The notes: generated from the letters alone by a model not told the origin. Positions 1-13,155 are shown, counted from the whole stretch's first letter. The stretch: 63,035 bases of DNA, filler included, from Globobulimina sp. (GCA_003354225.1; 54 parts of 54 records of this genome joined end to end with filler, not necessarily neighbours in it), one strand, 5' to 3'. A program made the numbers and translations.

Positions 1-1
1 G

Positions 2-667
2 CGGTGTTTCCAACAACACTTTTTTATCATCAAATGCATCCGTCTCTTGTTGGGAATTAAGAGAATTATACACTCTGCTTTTATGACGATTATATTCACA
101 TATTCTGGCAATACATATACTAAAACTCGTGAGTAAACACAAAGCACCTAATCCAAAGAAAAAATGTATCCACACATTATATTCATCAAACAAGAAAGCT
201 TGAATCACGCCGCCAACTAAAACTGCGCAAAACGCAGAACCTATAATTACTGCCATGGTCAGAGCTAAATGTTTATTACCAAATCTTAATTGGGCATCGC
301 TGGCTGCGCCCAAAAATAATGGCGCCACGAAGATGCCCGACAAGCATTGTATAACAATTAGAAACGTTAAATTGAATGCAACACCAAATGCGATGCTGGA
401 TAAACCCAAACCAAACCAGCATATCGCTAATATTAATGATGGGCAATAGATTTCCAATAATAAGCCAGATGGAATTTGCATTGATGCATAACTAATATAA
501 AAACTTGACGATAATAATCCAATGCCAGCGGATGTAGTGTGTAAATCGTTTTGCAGTGCGTCAGTGATGGCGGCTAAAGAGCCGCGATAAGTAAAACCCA
601 ATGCGTATCCTAAGGATCCTAGGACTAAGGAGACATAATCATACTGGCTGTATTTACTGGTTGACAT
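2..667 (-). CDS. MFS transporter, N-terminal half (runs off contig; absent from ORF track)
   Basis: Manual translation from ATG 667: MSTSKYSQYDYVSLVLGSLGYALGFTYRGSLAAITDALQNDLHTTSAGIGLLSSSFYISYASMQIPSGLLLEIY..., typical MFS TM1-TM6; open to base 2. Confidence 0.85.
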   Translation of the reverse strand, partial: MSTSKYSQYDYVSLVLGSLGYALGFTYRGSLAAITDALQNDLHTTSAGIGLLSSSFYISYASMQIPSGLLLEIYCPSLILAICWFGLGLSSIAFGVAFNLTFLIVIQCLSGIFVAPLFLGAASDAQLRFGNKHLALTMAVIIGSAFCAVLVGGVIQAFLFDEYNVWIHFFFGLGALCLLTSFSICIARICEYNRHKSRVYNSLNSQQETDAFDDKKVLLETP

Positions 668-700
668 TGCTAACAAAACAAAACAAAACTTAGTGAAGAC

Positions 701-1070
701 TCACACAAATCTTTGATCAACAACCGTCAATGTCTGTGCTGTCTGTGTTGCATTGCCAGCAAATCTTACACATATTGCAACTACATCCGGCAAATTAATT
801 TTATAAAACTCATCATAACAATCAATACCAATCTCATTTTTAAATTTCCTATACATAATACCTTGCTTTTTCTTCATATTAATTTCGATAACAACATCAT
901 CTCCGTTGTCCCAAAATACTTTGGATAATTTCCTGCTATTTTTAAATTCCTTTGCCATCAAAATCTTTGTATTCCCATAAACAACCATTCGATGATTATT
1001 ATGTGTATTAATAAATCCTTTCGTCGCAAATCCAATTCCACAATCCGACACATTTACATTTCGCATTGAA
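701..1070 (-). CDS. 3' part of hypothetical protein, possibly B30.2/SPRY-like beta-sandwich
   Basis: CGIGFAT...NGDDVVIEINMKKKQG pattern resembles SPRY (GD-I-h-x-hD) strands; ends 33 bp upstream of the MFS ATG. Confidence 0.45.
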
Positions 1071-1170
1071 NNNNNNNNNNNNNNNNNNNNNNNNNNNNNN
1101 NNNNNNNNNNNNNNTTAATTAATTAANNNNNNNNNNNNNNNNNNNNNNNNNNNNNNNNNNNNNNNNNNNN
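1071..1170. other. Artificial contig-joining spacer N44-TTAATTAATTAA-N44 (first of 53, repeated every ~1170 bp)
   Basis: Identical 100-bp block with stop codons in all six frames recurs throughout; flanking segments shrink from 1070 to 1068 bp (length-sorted contigs). Confidence 0.99.
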
Positions 1171-2228
1171 CCTTTCCTCATTCTGATCATCCAATACTTT
1201 CATGAATGGATGCTTTAATATTTGTTTTAATGAAATTCTTTTACATTCATATCTCAATATGTTCTGCAACAAACCAATAGCACTTCGCGTAACAATTCTT
1301 AATCTTTTCCAATGCTTTAAAATATCTTCAATCCGCCCATTGATCATATAATTAAAGGCTGTATTGTTTGCATGCGGTGTCTTATAAATTGGCGCGCCGA
1401 TTAACATCATAAATAACATATTTCCTAAACAGTAAACATCAGCTAATCGTGCATCATATTTCTGTCTCCGAAATGCCTCCGGTGCCATATATCCCACTTT
1501 GCCAACACGTCCACTATGAATAAAATTATTATTTTCAAACTTTTTACTTAATCCAAAATCAATTAGTTTCACTTGAAATGGCTGACAATTCATATTGGAA
1601 ATCATTGTATTTTCCAGTGACAAATCTAAATGGCAATAATTATGCTCATGCAACCATTCAACGCCTAAACATATTTGCGAAAATATCGACGTTATATGCA
1701 ATACAAATTCATTGGCCACCTTCATACACACTTGTTTTTTACGCGATTCTCTCTCCGTAAATCGTGCATATTCACCATTTTTATGATAATGATTGATCCA
1801 ATCAAATAACTCGCCACCTTGACAGGCCTCCATTGCGTAATAATAACATTTATTATCCTCCCAACTATCCACACCGCAGATTAATGACGAAACTGTGCAA
1901 TTTGTAGTAATTAAGTGCATAATCAGCTTCCTTTCGGATAAGAAATCTTCTGCCACGGATATATTTGTCCTGCTTCGTCCGGAATGCACTAATTTCTTCC
2001 AAGCTTCTTTGACCACACAATCTGCGTTCAATAATAGATCAGATACTAAATATATTCTACCTTGCAATGTTTCGGCAATCTCGCGTTTGAATGCAAACCG
2101 ATCGCTCCCTTTCAATTCCTTTGTGCCGTTATTTAAATCATCCAATGTCTGAAAAGTGGCAATGTCGGCAATCTGGAATGAATCGTCAAATGATATTGTT
2201 GTGGTGGATACAATTTTGTTTTTAAATT
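1171..2228 (-). CDS. Ser/Thr protein kinase (CAMK-like, HLDLSLEN variant), partial
   Basis: VVK, GGELFD, HLDLSLEN, IDFG, GKVGYMAPE, DVYCLG, ILKHPF motifs; frame open upstream of 2145 to a TAG (putative acceptor) near 2229. Confidence 0.95.
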
Positions 2229-2410
2229 CTAAGGAAATAANNNNNNNNNNNNNNNNNNNNNNNNNNNNNNNNNNNNNNNNNNNNTTAATTAATTAANNNN
2301 NNNNNNNNNNNNNNNNNNNNNNNNNNNNNNNNNNNNNNNNTACTTTATCGACATCCATATATTTAATTATAGCATCATAATCATCCAAAAAGAGATCAAT
2401 TGTTTCCGTT

Positions 2411-3052
2411 TTATATAGCAAAAACCGTATCATTTTTATCACTTCTCCATTTTCTATAAATTTCTAATAATTTCATCATTCTATTATATATATTTTGTCT
2501 CTCCTTTTTATCTTTCAAACGCTTCATATCTTCATATTTATCATTATGATCACTGTTTATAATATTAATGTCATCATTGTTTGATTTTGTTTCAATGTCA
2601 ATGTGGCTCTCACTTATCGCTGACAGAGCATCTTGTTCACTGAATCCAGCATTGACTAACTCATTTATCGTTAATTGTATCTGTTTCTGATGTTTTATCG
2701 CCGATAGTATGGTCAATATGACAGCATTCTTATTTATTAAATCTCGCAGTCGCTTTGTATCAAACAATAATCTCTTTCCATTTTCTGTTTTATTAAACCC
2801 AGCATCTATGAGCCAACTTATAAATATTGGATTTTTTACTCTTTTTGTTATTTGTTGAACATTCAAACTGTGGTACTTTTCATTGTTTGGAGATGACAAT
2901 ATATTTTTAAATATCCTCAACAATAAAGCATTTCCTTTATTTATTTCTTCATCACTTTAATAACAAAAACGTGAAATGCTAAAATAGTATCATATATTTA
3001 ATACACAGTACCTCAGTCTTTGTAGATGATATAAAAAATCTGTTTGTTGCAT
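2411..3052 (-). CDS. PUB-domain protein (spliced; intron 2955-3011); 3' end uncertain
   Basis: ATG 3052 MQQTDFLYHLQRLS|DEEINKGNALLLRIFKNILSSPNNEKYHSLN...LIDAGF matches PUB domain; GT-AG intron restores frame. Confidence 0.75.
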
Positions 3053-3934
3053 ATTCACCTGTTTACTGCTGCAACAAAAATGACGACAGAGTTGAGGCAA
3101 GTGAAGTGATGACTAGTTCACTTTGTGAAAACCTCAATATAAGGGTTATGACCTCTTAAACTCCCAGATTTTGTTCATGTTCGACCAGATAGATCTCACC
3201 TCATAAACTATGTAATTATAAGTTTCTTTATTTTCAACATACAGAGTTGGTGTGACTATACCTAATCTTACATATGGAAAAAACAAATAATTTGGTGGTG
3301 TTTCATCATTTTTGGTTAAACGCAAAGTCAGATAAAGCATCAAACCATTTCAGGTCATTATCTTTCCGATTCCTATCATTTATCACATTACTATTTCTAT
3401 TCTGCGGTCCNNNNNNNNNNNNNNNNNNNNNNNNNNNNNNNNNNNNNNNNNNNNTTAATTAATTAANNNNNNNNNNNNNNNNNNNNNNNNNNNNNNNNNN
3501 NNNNNNNNNNAGCATACAGGATTTAGTTCGCATTTTTGGCAAAGAGCAGGAGATGACGGCGCAATATATTTATAAATGTATTCAAAATCAGAAACATCTT
3601 TATTATAAACAGCAAAATGCAAATCAACAGCAAAATATACATCGTCAGCATTATAATAACCATTATCCAGCATATAAATAATTAAACAAACTTTTTTTGT
3701 TTTTTTTTGTTTTCTTTTTAATAATTTACTGTTCGAATTCGTTGCCTTTGTTAATACAAGTTAACATATTAAAATGTGTGCTTCGTAAAAATAAATCTGA
3801 ATAATTTTTTGATTTGTACATTGTTCCACTTCAACAAACACGGTCAGACTCAAGTCTTTTAGTTGTTTTTTTTGTAGGAAAACTAAAACACAAACTGAAA
3901 CTTTTATCACTAGTTTTTTTTTACTTGTCTCCAA

Positions 3935-3996
3935 GGTGGGTGCGGGGTGGTGGGTGGGGGGGTGTGAGGGGTGGGTGTGGGCGTGGGTTGTGGGGG
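3935..3996 (+). repeat. G-rich tract with G-quadruplex potential
   Basis: At least 8 runs of three or more G separated by 1-5 nt, within AT-rich DNA. Confidence 0.6.
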
Positions 3997-4680
3997 TCTA
4001 TTTAGACTGCTGTCCGACTGTCTGACTGCCTTGTGTAAAAATCCATTTTTAAAGCCAACAAATACAAATTATTTTTATTCACCATGGTTCAGAATAGAAA
4101 CATCAGATAATTTACCAAGCCAAGCCAAACCAACTGGTGACAAAATAATTAATTCATTCCTGTTTTTTTGGGTGTTTTTTTGTTAATATAATAGATTCAC
4201 AATGGAATTCCACTTATTTGTTTCATTATATTCTGAATTCCCCATTTTGTCCCTTTCATTCCATACGACATGAGGCGGCATCCATTGAAAAAATATTCAT
4301 TATAAATACTCCATGCTCGACTTTCCCATGGATTGACGGGTTGTAATAATACAATTCTTTCCAAAACAAAAACTTTTCAGTTCTTCTCTCTCAAATGTTT
4401 AATTTCAGTCACCATGGAATGGATATTGGTTCTAAAATGGGTAAAATAAACGCAAAAAGTATCCTCTATAGAGGAAGCAACGTTGTTGATCCTTCTGTCG
4501 GATCCAATACGTCCATTGTTCAACCCCTAAAATAGGTCCAGCATTATTTACGGCCAAGCGCTGCCTATGTTGTGGATATANNNNNNNNNNNNNNNNNNNN
4601 NNNNNNNNNNNNNNNNNNNNNNNNTTAATTAATTAANNNNNNNNNNNNNNNNNNNNNNNNNNNNNNNNNNNNNNNNNNNN

Positions 4681-4980
4681 TTTATTCCATCCGCTAAATA
4701 TCAAAATTTAAAAGAAGAAGTTATGAATTCTGATTATTGTATTTGGACAGAGTTCAAAGAGAAAGTGGTCAAAGCAACAGAATATATGCAAACCAATGCG
4801 GTTAAAAAAATCAAAGCAAAATTTAGTGGATGTTCTCAAGCCTACATTATGGAATAAAAGAAGGACAAGAAATATCATTACAACATTTAAATAGTGTTAT
4901 TTTGTATACTGATTTTTCGGATTTATGTTCATCATTTTCACTTATCCCAATTATTGCGAGAAACAGTTGAATGTTTTGGA
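4681..4980 (+). pseudogene. Frameshifted fragment of the YTD-motif (putative ADP-ribosyltransferase-like) family
   Basis: KYQNLKEEVM...KATEYMQTNAVKKIKA, then another frame HYGIKEGQEISLQHLNSVILYTDFSDLCSSFS, then another shift to LRETVECFG; shares the (I/L)YTD motif with 18721-19790. Confidence 0.5.
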
Positions 4981-5399
4981 TATGATTATTAAAGTTGAAA
5001 ATATATTAAAGCATTATTGCAAAATTAAAATGAGATAAACAGTACTTATATTATAATATGTATTATTATACAGAGTCAGATGAGGAAGAATCAGACGATA
5101 AATTATTTAAAGAGCGCTGAACCAGAGGCTGAAGAACGAAGCCAGAATCAGAACCGAACGATTAGTGAGTAAAAGCCATTTGTGTGATTCACAAATTTGA
5201 ATGAATTGTTGCTGATTTTGTAGGTTTATGTTGTGTGTGTGTTTGTGTCTTGATTTGTGTACCGGTTCTGTTAAATTAAACTGTTAAAAGCAAGTCAGTC
5301 TGCGAAAACTGTAAAACTGTAAAATCGTTCTAACCATCGATCATTTCACTGGAAGCAAAAAGTCATTGGGAAATTTACAAACCAAAACTCACGTACCAT

Positions 5400-5750
5400 A
5401 TGCCTCAAAGATACGGAAAATTCATTCATCAAACTAATGACATAAAAGGACACTCCTTCATTATACGTGATATCCCATTACAACTTATATACGTTTCATC
5501 AATGGATACTATAATGTTGAAAATGAATGTAAATGAGTTACCATTAAATATACTTAATTTTGTGTTAGCTATTTCTTTGCATGGTGGTGATACCAAACAA
5601 CTGTCATTCAACGGTGGATGCACTAAATACTGTGATAAAATTGTTCGATTTGGGGAACCAATGGATTCTATGTGGAAATGTTTTGAATCCATAACAAAAC
5701 AGCAATTGATACATTGTAATAACAACCGCTATATTGACGTGTCACTGTGT
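5400..5750 (+). CDS. Hypothetical protein, partial
   Basis: ATG-initiated ORF open to contig end; no motif recognised. Confidence 0.4.
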
Positions 5751-5923
5751 NNNNNNNNNNNNNNNNNNNNNNNNNNNNNNNNNNNNNNNNNNNNTTAATT
5801 AATTAANNNNNNNNNNNNNNNNNNNNNNNNNNNNNNNNNNNNNNNNNNNNATAATTATTTAATTAAATAAAACGTTTCTGATGTTAAGTTTTTTTTTGCC
5901 TTTTTTTTAAGTAAGTAGTTGTA

Positions 5924-6920
5924 ATGGAATTGGGAATTGAAACATTAACATTACGGCAATGCTTCAGTATGGCCGAACCAAAATGTTTGCACTTCGATAC
6001 ATCTACAATTATACCATCTAGAGCAATAATCGCAAATGCATATATCCACGCATATGATACCAAATGTAGTATTGTTCTAAATCGTAAATGCTCTGATAAT
6101 TTCGAGGCAGGAGATGAAACATCAAAATTATTTAATATTTTGAGTTATGAAATATTTATTCAATGCAAATTCCGAAATGTCTGGCAATATTTGAGAGATA
6201 TAGCACAAGATAAAGAACCATTAACTATTAGTATTTATATACCACAATACGACAAAATACATGCACAATATGACCCATTTGATGAGTTTGATCATATATT
6301 TAATATGTTTTTCTGTCAAAACAAATTAATGATGAAATATTTGATGAATACGCCAAAATTATATAAACCATTTTTATCATTGATAGCCAAGTTAATGAAG
6401 CATGAGTTTCTACATTATATACCAGTATATGGCGCATTATATAGTTTTTTGATGGATACAATGAGATATTTCAAAAAGAAACATATATCATATTTGCTCA
6501 AGAATGACGTGGCAGAATCCTTCGCCATCGCTATTGTCTCAGTCGCCATTGCTATGTCAAAGGTGGCACAATCTGACAAAGAGTGTGCTCGATATTCCGA
6601 TATGATGTCGCGGATTATTATTTCATTCACATTTGTTATCTTTAAAAGAATGACAAAGACTGTTTGGAAACAATATGTTGTATCTTTTGAGAGATCGTTG
6701 GATAAACAAGCTAATAAATCAAGAAATAAAATTTTGAAAGAAACCGTTAATACTTTTAAACATCATTTACATACAATGGCTTTGGTTGATGCTTATGGCC
6801 ATTATCAGAGCATATTAAATGATTTTTGTAATACAGAAAGTAAATGTTGTGCATACCTTAAATGCAAACGATATCAACAGAATAAACAAAAGCAGAAAAG
6901 ATTGAAAATTTGCAAAGGAT
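5924..6920 (+). CDS. MYND zinc-finger protein (finger at truncated C-terminus)
   Basis: Long ORF ending CAYLKC...RLKICKG, the first half of a MYND finger. Confidence 0.7.
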
Positions 6921-7911
6921 NNNNNNNNNNNNNNNNNNNNNNNNNNNNNNNNNNNNNNNNNNNNTTAATTAATTAANNNNNNNNNNNNNNNNNNNNNNNN
7001 NNNNNNNNNNNNNNNNNNNNTTGCAGCCAGGCGATGTATGCTTTTGGGAGACTTTTTGCATGCAGTAGTACCTCTTCCGCGTGATGTGCCTCTAAGGTAT
7101 CGCACCCGGGCTAGATCTGATCGCGGGAGACCCTAGGCTGCCTCCCATCAAGTTGGAACAGGGGGATCAAGGACTGCAAATCACTCTCAGGGTCACCGCA
7201 AACAATATACAGCATTGTCACTGTGTGGTTTGTGTTTACATGGTTGCATACTAGCTCGAGAGGATCGGGGCCACTAGCTGGTATCTAATCTGGAATCCCC
7301 AGTAGGCCCAGTGAAAACCCCGGTCCGACCCTATATTCACAACTGACATATTATTTATTCACATATGAACGAACTATTCGAGGACAAATTTCATTTGAAA
7401 AAAGTTACCATTTCGGTTCATAAAATTTATTAAATTAAAATTAGATATCGTGAAATGTTACACGTGCAGTTCAGAAACGGACCGTGAAATGTCATGTATT
7501 TATACTGAAGACCGTAGGTCTGCGCAAAAATTTCAACGCGCACTTCCTGGTTTTGTTGCACAGCAACAGCTGACATTTAAAGGTCATACTCTGAGAGTAT
7601 TACTCTCCACATTTTAAGAATTATAGAATATGATAATCATCACTAGACGCTTTGGATAATGCACATTCATTTAGTTCGTTTTGTGTATGTACCATTGGTT
7701 CCGTTTGCCACTTCTTGTCCACCTCCTCCATTCTACAAATTGTAATATAATTATAGGCGTGGCTGGTCATTCGGCTTTGGGGGGAGGGGGTGAATGGGGT
7801 AGTCGTTTGGGGGTGCAAAGTAAAAAATGGCCAAAATTTGGTAGGTAGGGGTTGGTTTTTGGGCTATTTTTTGCCTAAAATGCATTTTAAGTCCATTTTT
7901 AGACGTTGTAG

Positions 7912-8066
7912 TAGAGCTCCGATGATATTAAATTTCATGGTTTTAAAAATATCGAAAATGTCGGTATTAAATTTCGTCGATATCGATATCGATATATATT
8001 CAAAAACAGTAGATGATAATATCGACTTTCGATATCGATATCGATATGTATATCGTCCGAGCTCTA
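7912..8066. mobile_element. 155-bp hAT-type MITE
   Basis: TIRs TAGAGCTCCGATGATAT / ATATCGTCCGAGCTCTA (15/17 match); internal (ATATCG)n subterminal repeats; flanks GTTGTAG and GTTGTAAG form an imperfect TSD. Confidence 0.7.
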
Positions 8067-8190
8067 GTTGTAAGGTATTTACCGCCATTANNNNNNNNNN
8101 NNNNNNNNNNNNNNNNNNNNNNNNNNNNNNNNNNTTAATTAATTAANNNNNNNNNNNNNNNNNNNNNNNNNNNNNNNNNNNNNNNNNNNN

Positions 8191-9252
8191 ATGTACTCTT
8201 TCCAATTTGTGGGCTGTTTTTATTATACTACTTATTTTATTATAATCTGTGTTGTAAATACATACTTCTTTCAAAGTAATAAATCCATTTTTTGGATGTT
8301 TAATGGTGTTATTAAAATGCAATGATAATAATTTATGACTAAAATAATGCAATAAATTATCAAAAAAATTAACTGAATTTTCACTGGCTCCAATTAAACA
8401 TAAACCTTTTAAATTGTTAAATATTTTGTTTCTAAATTGTTCATTGTCAAAAATTGAATGCAAATCAGTATTTGAAAGTGAATAACAGTTAAAAAAATCT
8501 ACAAGTTTTACATTTTTGAAACGTTGTAATAAATCACAAAATATATTGATATGATTATCAATTACATTTTGATCATGATATCCGCATAATGTCAGTGCTT
8601 CAATTTTCTCTAAATTCCAACATTTGGTATTTAAAAATTGTTTAACTGTGGATGTGGTACTGGCATTTAATGACAATGATTTTGTGTGTTTTGACAATGA
8701 TAAATTATGAATTGATGTCAAGGCACAAAAGGCGGACATTTGAAACGTAAAATGTTTTACTTTGGTATATTTAGTTGTTAGTAATTGTAAATGTTTCGAT
8801 GAATGATTTTTGTAAAAGCAAAATATATCGCTAAATCTATGCAGATCAATTGTTGTTAATGTATTTGGATCGTTACATCCAATAAATAGTGCTGTAGATA
8901 CATGTTGTAATGAATGATAATCAGTCAATTCTAAATATGATGCGCATTCACCAATAATTGGATATGGCAAATCATTTAATGATAATTGTTGTGATTCTTT
9001 TTTTGATTCGAATTCAATTTCTTTGACTTGTTTTGGAGTTCTTGAACGAATTATTTTTAATAAAATCTTAATTGTTTCGCCTAAATCAGTGTTATTTGAT
9101 TGAGTTTGCATTTGCATATGAAATAAAGAGAATAATCCTTTTAAAATAATACTTTTCTTATCTAAGTTATTGAATATTTGTACTAAAAACGAATTGAATT
9201 CATCGGGTAATAACGAATCCGCTAACCGTCTGAACCGAATTAACTGTTGCAT
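8191..9252 (-). CDS. F-box-like/LRR-like protein, partial
   Basis: LNDLPYPIIGECASYLELTDYHSLQHVS is F-box-like, followed by LxxLxL repeats. Confidence 0.6.
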
Positions 9253-9360
9253 GGTTTGAGNNNNNNNNNNNNNNNNNNNNNNNNNNNNNNNNNNNNNNNN
9301 NNNNTTAATTAATTAANNNNNNNNNNNNNNNNNNNNNNNNNNNNNNNNNNNNNNNNNNNN

Positions 9361-10430
9361 TGTATTTCCGAAATTTGTTCAGTTTTTGATGTATTTTTAA
9401 TTTTAAATGCTTTGAAATTATCCAATATATCATTCCGTATTTCATTTACGTACATATTATTTTTCAATATTTGCATATGTATACATATTGCAAATGCGGT
9501 CCATACGTCATTAATAGGAATGATTCGATGATTTACTGCTTCTGCCACTGTTTCAGGTAATTTTACAATGCACGGAACTTGGTATACGGCGCAATTACAG
9601 CCTCCTTCTCGGCTAATTTTATTAATCTTATTCGTTTTCCTTAGAATTGGTTCTTTCATTGGGAATATTTTACATTTATGGCTTTTTTCAACACTGCAAT
9701 ATCGGGAATGTTGCTTAGTGATTCTTCCACAAATTCCACTGTCTTTATTGTAATGAAAACAAATCCATTCTGAGTCAATATCATTATACGCACCGTGATT
9801 ATAATCGACTATTTGCTTTAAAACAATTGGATTTAAGACAAAAAGACTTGGATTTGTCTCAATGATTAATTCAATTTGTTTTAAGTTATGATATCGGAAA
9901 TAATCCATTTGTTTCTGTTCAATATAAGGGAATGCGATTTGCATTACTATCTTATAGATATTCCACGGTTCATTTTTGTTCATATTTAAGTCAAAGCAAA
10001 TTGTGTCGTTACCATCAATTACGTCGTTATCTGAACTGACTTCATTTTGCCGGTTATATTTACTGCTGTTTTTATTGCTTTTTATTGGGAATTTAAAGGC
10101 AATGTCGTTACTCGTAATGGTATTATGTTCTTTACTTTGTTTATTTCTGTTATTTTTACCTTTCGCCTCAGCTCTTAATGTACGGCTTGTAGGTACTGCA
10201 TTTATCTCTTCTTTACTAAATTGTAATGGTTCCGTTCCGTATGGCGCTAAATATATAATCATATTTTTTAATTCTTTGTCATTCAATGCGGGAATGTTAT
10301 GATTACATTTATTACTTCTACCACATTTTTTCGCTATGATTTGGCACAATAAAATCTTTGGCGAATTCCTATTGATATAATATACTTTGCCGTCGACAGT
10401 CCATTTATCAATTTTTAATATTCGTTTACA
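9361..10430 (-). CDS. Hypothetical protein, internal fragment
   Basis: More than 330 open codons in AT-rich DNA; no motif recognised. Confidence 0.55.
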
Positions 10431-10530
10431 NNNNNNNNNNNNNNNNNNNNNNNNNNNNNNNNNNNNNNNNNNNNTTAATTAATTAANNNNNNNNNNNNNN
10501 NNNNNNNNNNNNNNNNNNNNNNNNNNNNNN

Positions 10531-11599
10531 CCGGATCCTCCAAAAATTATATTTGTCGTCTTGATACACTTGAATTCCATCATAACTCTTAAATTCATCC
10601 TCTTCCGTCGCCAATAATTCCTTTAATGTCATGGACGAAAATTTCTTCTCTTTACCAACATCCGTTTTTGCTGACGATGTCGACCGACTTCGTAAATGTT
10701 TGTCCGAACCTAAAAAAAATAAAAATTATAAATCCGAAAACATAAAAACGTTTCAAACTACATACTTTTTCCTTTTTTACTGGACCTTTTATCTTTTTTC
10801 CCTTTTTTTCCCTTTTTCCCCTTTCGAACATCTTTGACCGGCGCCGATTTATAATCTTGCTTTTCGTCATCCATTTTGCTGTCCTCATTCATATACGAGT
10901 CCCGCGCCCCTTTCATACCGCCACATTCCTCCGGTATCACAATAACAGCGATCGTACGGTCACAACTCACAGAATACAAACTGGTGCCGGTTGGATCGGG
11001 GCAGATATCATACACAATGTCAGTATGATTTTGAAACAATCCCACAATCCGCTCACTTTCTAAATTAATACACCAGATACTCCCAACGGTATCGCCACAA
11101 TATACATAATTGCTATCTGCACTGAAACACAGCGCATAAGTCCTTCCAAACCGCAACGTAGGTCGCGATCGAATGGCATGTTCCACCTCATACTGCAATT
11201 TGCCCTGTTCCATATTCCAAACACACACAAATCCTTCGGCACCATCTCGATATCCAGTGCCCGCCGCCAACAATGTCCCTTTGCTATTCCACGCCAAACT
11301 GTCTATTTTACCGTCGATCCGAGCACACTTAAACACCGCCGTCGTCTTCTCACCCTTCGCTTTGTCCGCAGTCGGGTTAATTCGCCATAACCGCACACTC
11401 ATATCACTAGCACCTAAAATAATCACAAAAACATTCATCATAAATCTGACACAAAAACGTTTCTGAGAAACATACCCGTCGCCACCACGTATCTCGAAGG
11501 GCAAGCTTGCAAATTCCATACTTGCCCGGTATGCGTACTGCGATCGCCATAAAACGCCACGGCTTTCTTCAATAAATACTGCAAATCGCTCATCAACAT
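10531..11599 (-). CDS. WD40-repeat protein, partial (introns 11414-11475 and 10710-10765)
   Basis: Splicing gives HTGQVWNLQACPSRYVVATG|ASDMSVRLW, a complete WD40 repeat; more repeats follow (HTDIVYDICPDPTGTSLYSVSCDRTI), then a K-rich tail. The ORF track reads through intron 1. Confidence 0.88.
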
Positions 11600-13155
11600 T
11601 NNNNNNNNNNNNNNNNNNNNNNNNNNNNNNNNNNNNNNNNNNNNTTAATTAATTAANNNNNNNNNNNNNNNNNNNNNNNNNNNNNNNNNNNNNNNNNNNN
11701 TAGTCCAGAATACTAAATATTATAAATACAGTGTATATTTAGGAGTTGAATTTTGCTTATTTTAAAGACATTGACATTACGAATTGGAAAAAAAAAAACT
11801 TGACCACACTAACTCTTTCGTCATTTTGCTTGCTTTTTGTGTTGTTGTATTGTGTGTGTGTATTGTAAAAGGAAAGACTTCAATTCTTCGATTTGACAAA
11901 GTTAGAAATGAGTCAAATGACCATAAGTTGATCATAAGTTGATATTTTGTTTGTTGTGTGATTTAAAGAATATATTTTGTTATTTTGAACAATATAGACA
12001 GAGCAGCAAACAATTTCAAACAGTTTCATTAACAGCAGATATTATGAAGTTAAGGTCTCCTTTTTTTTAGAAAACAGAAAACAAACACACAGAAAATGAA
12101 ATAAAACCATATTTAACCATACAAAATTAAACAATGCTTCCGTCACATAAATAATTAAAATCTATATAAATTTACAAAAAGAACCTATTTTTATTTTGTT
12201 TATCATAAATAACTCAATTTTTTTATCAGATTATTTTAATTCTACACAGACATTGTTTTTTGTCGCTTTGCATAAAATATCCGATCGAATTTTCTGTGAA
12301 TTTATATACGATTTCCTATGATTTAACATGTTCAATTCGGCGCATTCTTCTTCAAATTGCGACAAATTAAAGGAATCTTTTCTTTTCTTTTCTATTCCAT
12401 TGCTTTGTGCTGTGGTCGGATTTTTGTTGTAACGACCCCGTTGTCACCAAACTATTAAACCCTTTTACAAAATTATTCAAATGCGATTCTTTGGAAACTT
12501 TACCTAACACACAAAACATAATTATTTACAAATATATTGAGTGAATTATATAATCACAAACAAGTTCTTGTAAACATCGCAACATATCAATAGATTCTTA
12601 TTCGCAAACATATTATGCTGTCATTGCTTGGCGTGGTCATGATCAGCACACAAATTATGGACAATAATCTGTTTTTACATCATTGTATACATGATATGAT
12701 TGATTCCAATGCTTCATTGTTGTCAGCTGTCGCTTCTTGAAAATTGGTAGAATGAGTTCATAGGTGATAGNNNNNNNNNNNNNNNNNNNNNNNNNNNNNN
12801 NNNNNNNNNNNNNNTTAATTAATTAANNNNNNNNNNNNNNNNNNNNNNNNNNNNNNNNNNNNNNNNNNNNAAGCATGTATTTTAGGGTGCACAGAAATTG
12901 AATTATTGGTCAAACAGAAGGATATTCCACAAGTACCATTGTTTAACTCTGCTCAATTGCACATTGATGCTGCTGTGGAGGTCCAATTACATCATAAGAA
13001 TGTATGGGATTTTGAACCCAAAACAAGTTTCAAATGTAGATTGTAAAAAAAAAACCTAGCTGACTGTGTTACTGTTAACTCAATGATGTCTTGCGATTTA
13101 CTACAAACATAATCGTGTAAACGTAAACAATGCAATTCTGTCAAATTGATGTTAC

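Noticed and set aside
1071-1170. Regularly spaced TTAATTAATTAA repeat as a biological array
   Set aside because: It is a synthetic spacer between N runs; ORFs ending in X...LIN or X...N are artefacts of it.
4200-4580. Coding-looking minus-strand text suggesting an alternative genetic code
   Set aside because: TAG, TGA and TAA all interrupt it, and conserved genes elsewhere use standard stops; more likely decayed or non-coding.
7790-8146. ORFs with DIDID / YRYRYR tracts
   Set aside because: They derive from the ATATCG repeats of the MITE.
11701-12770. Possible exons on the minus strand
   Set aside because: I could not build a consistent spliced frame or recognise a motif.
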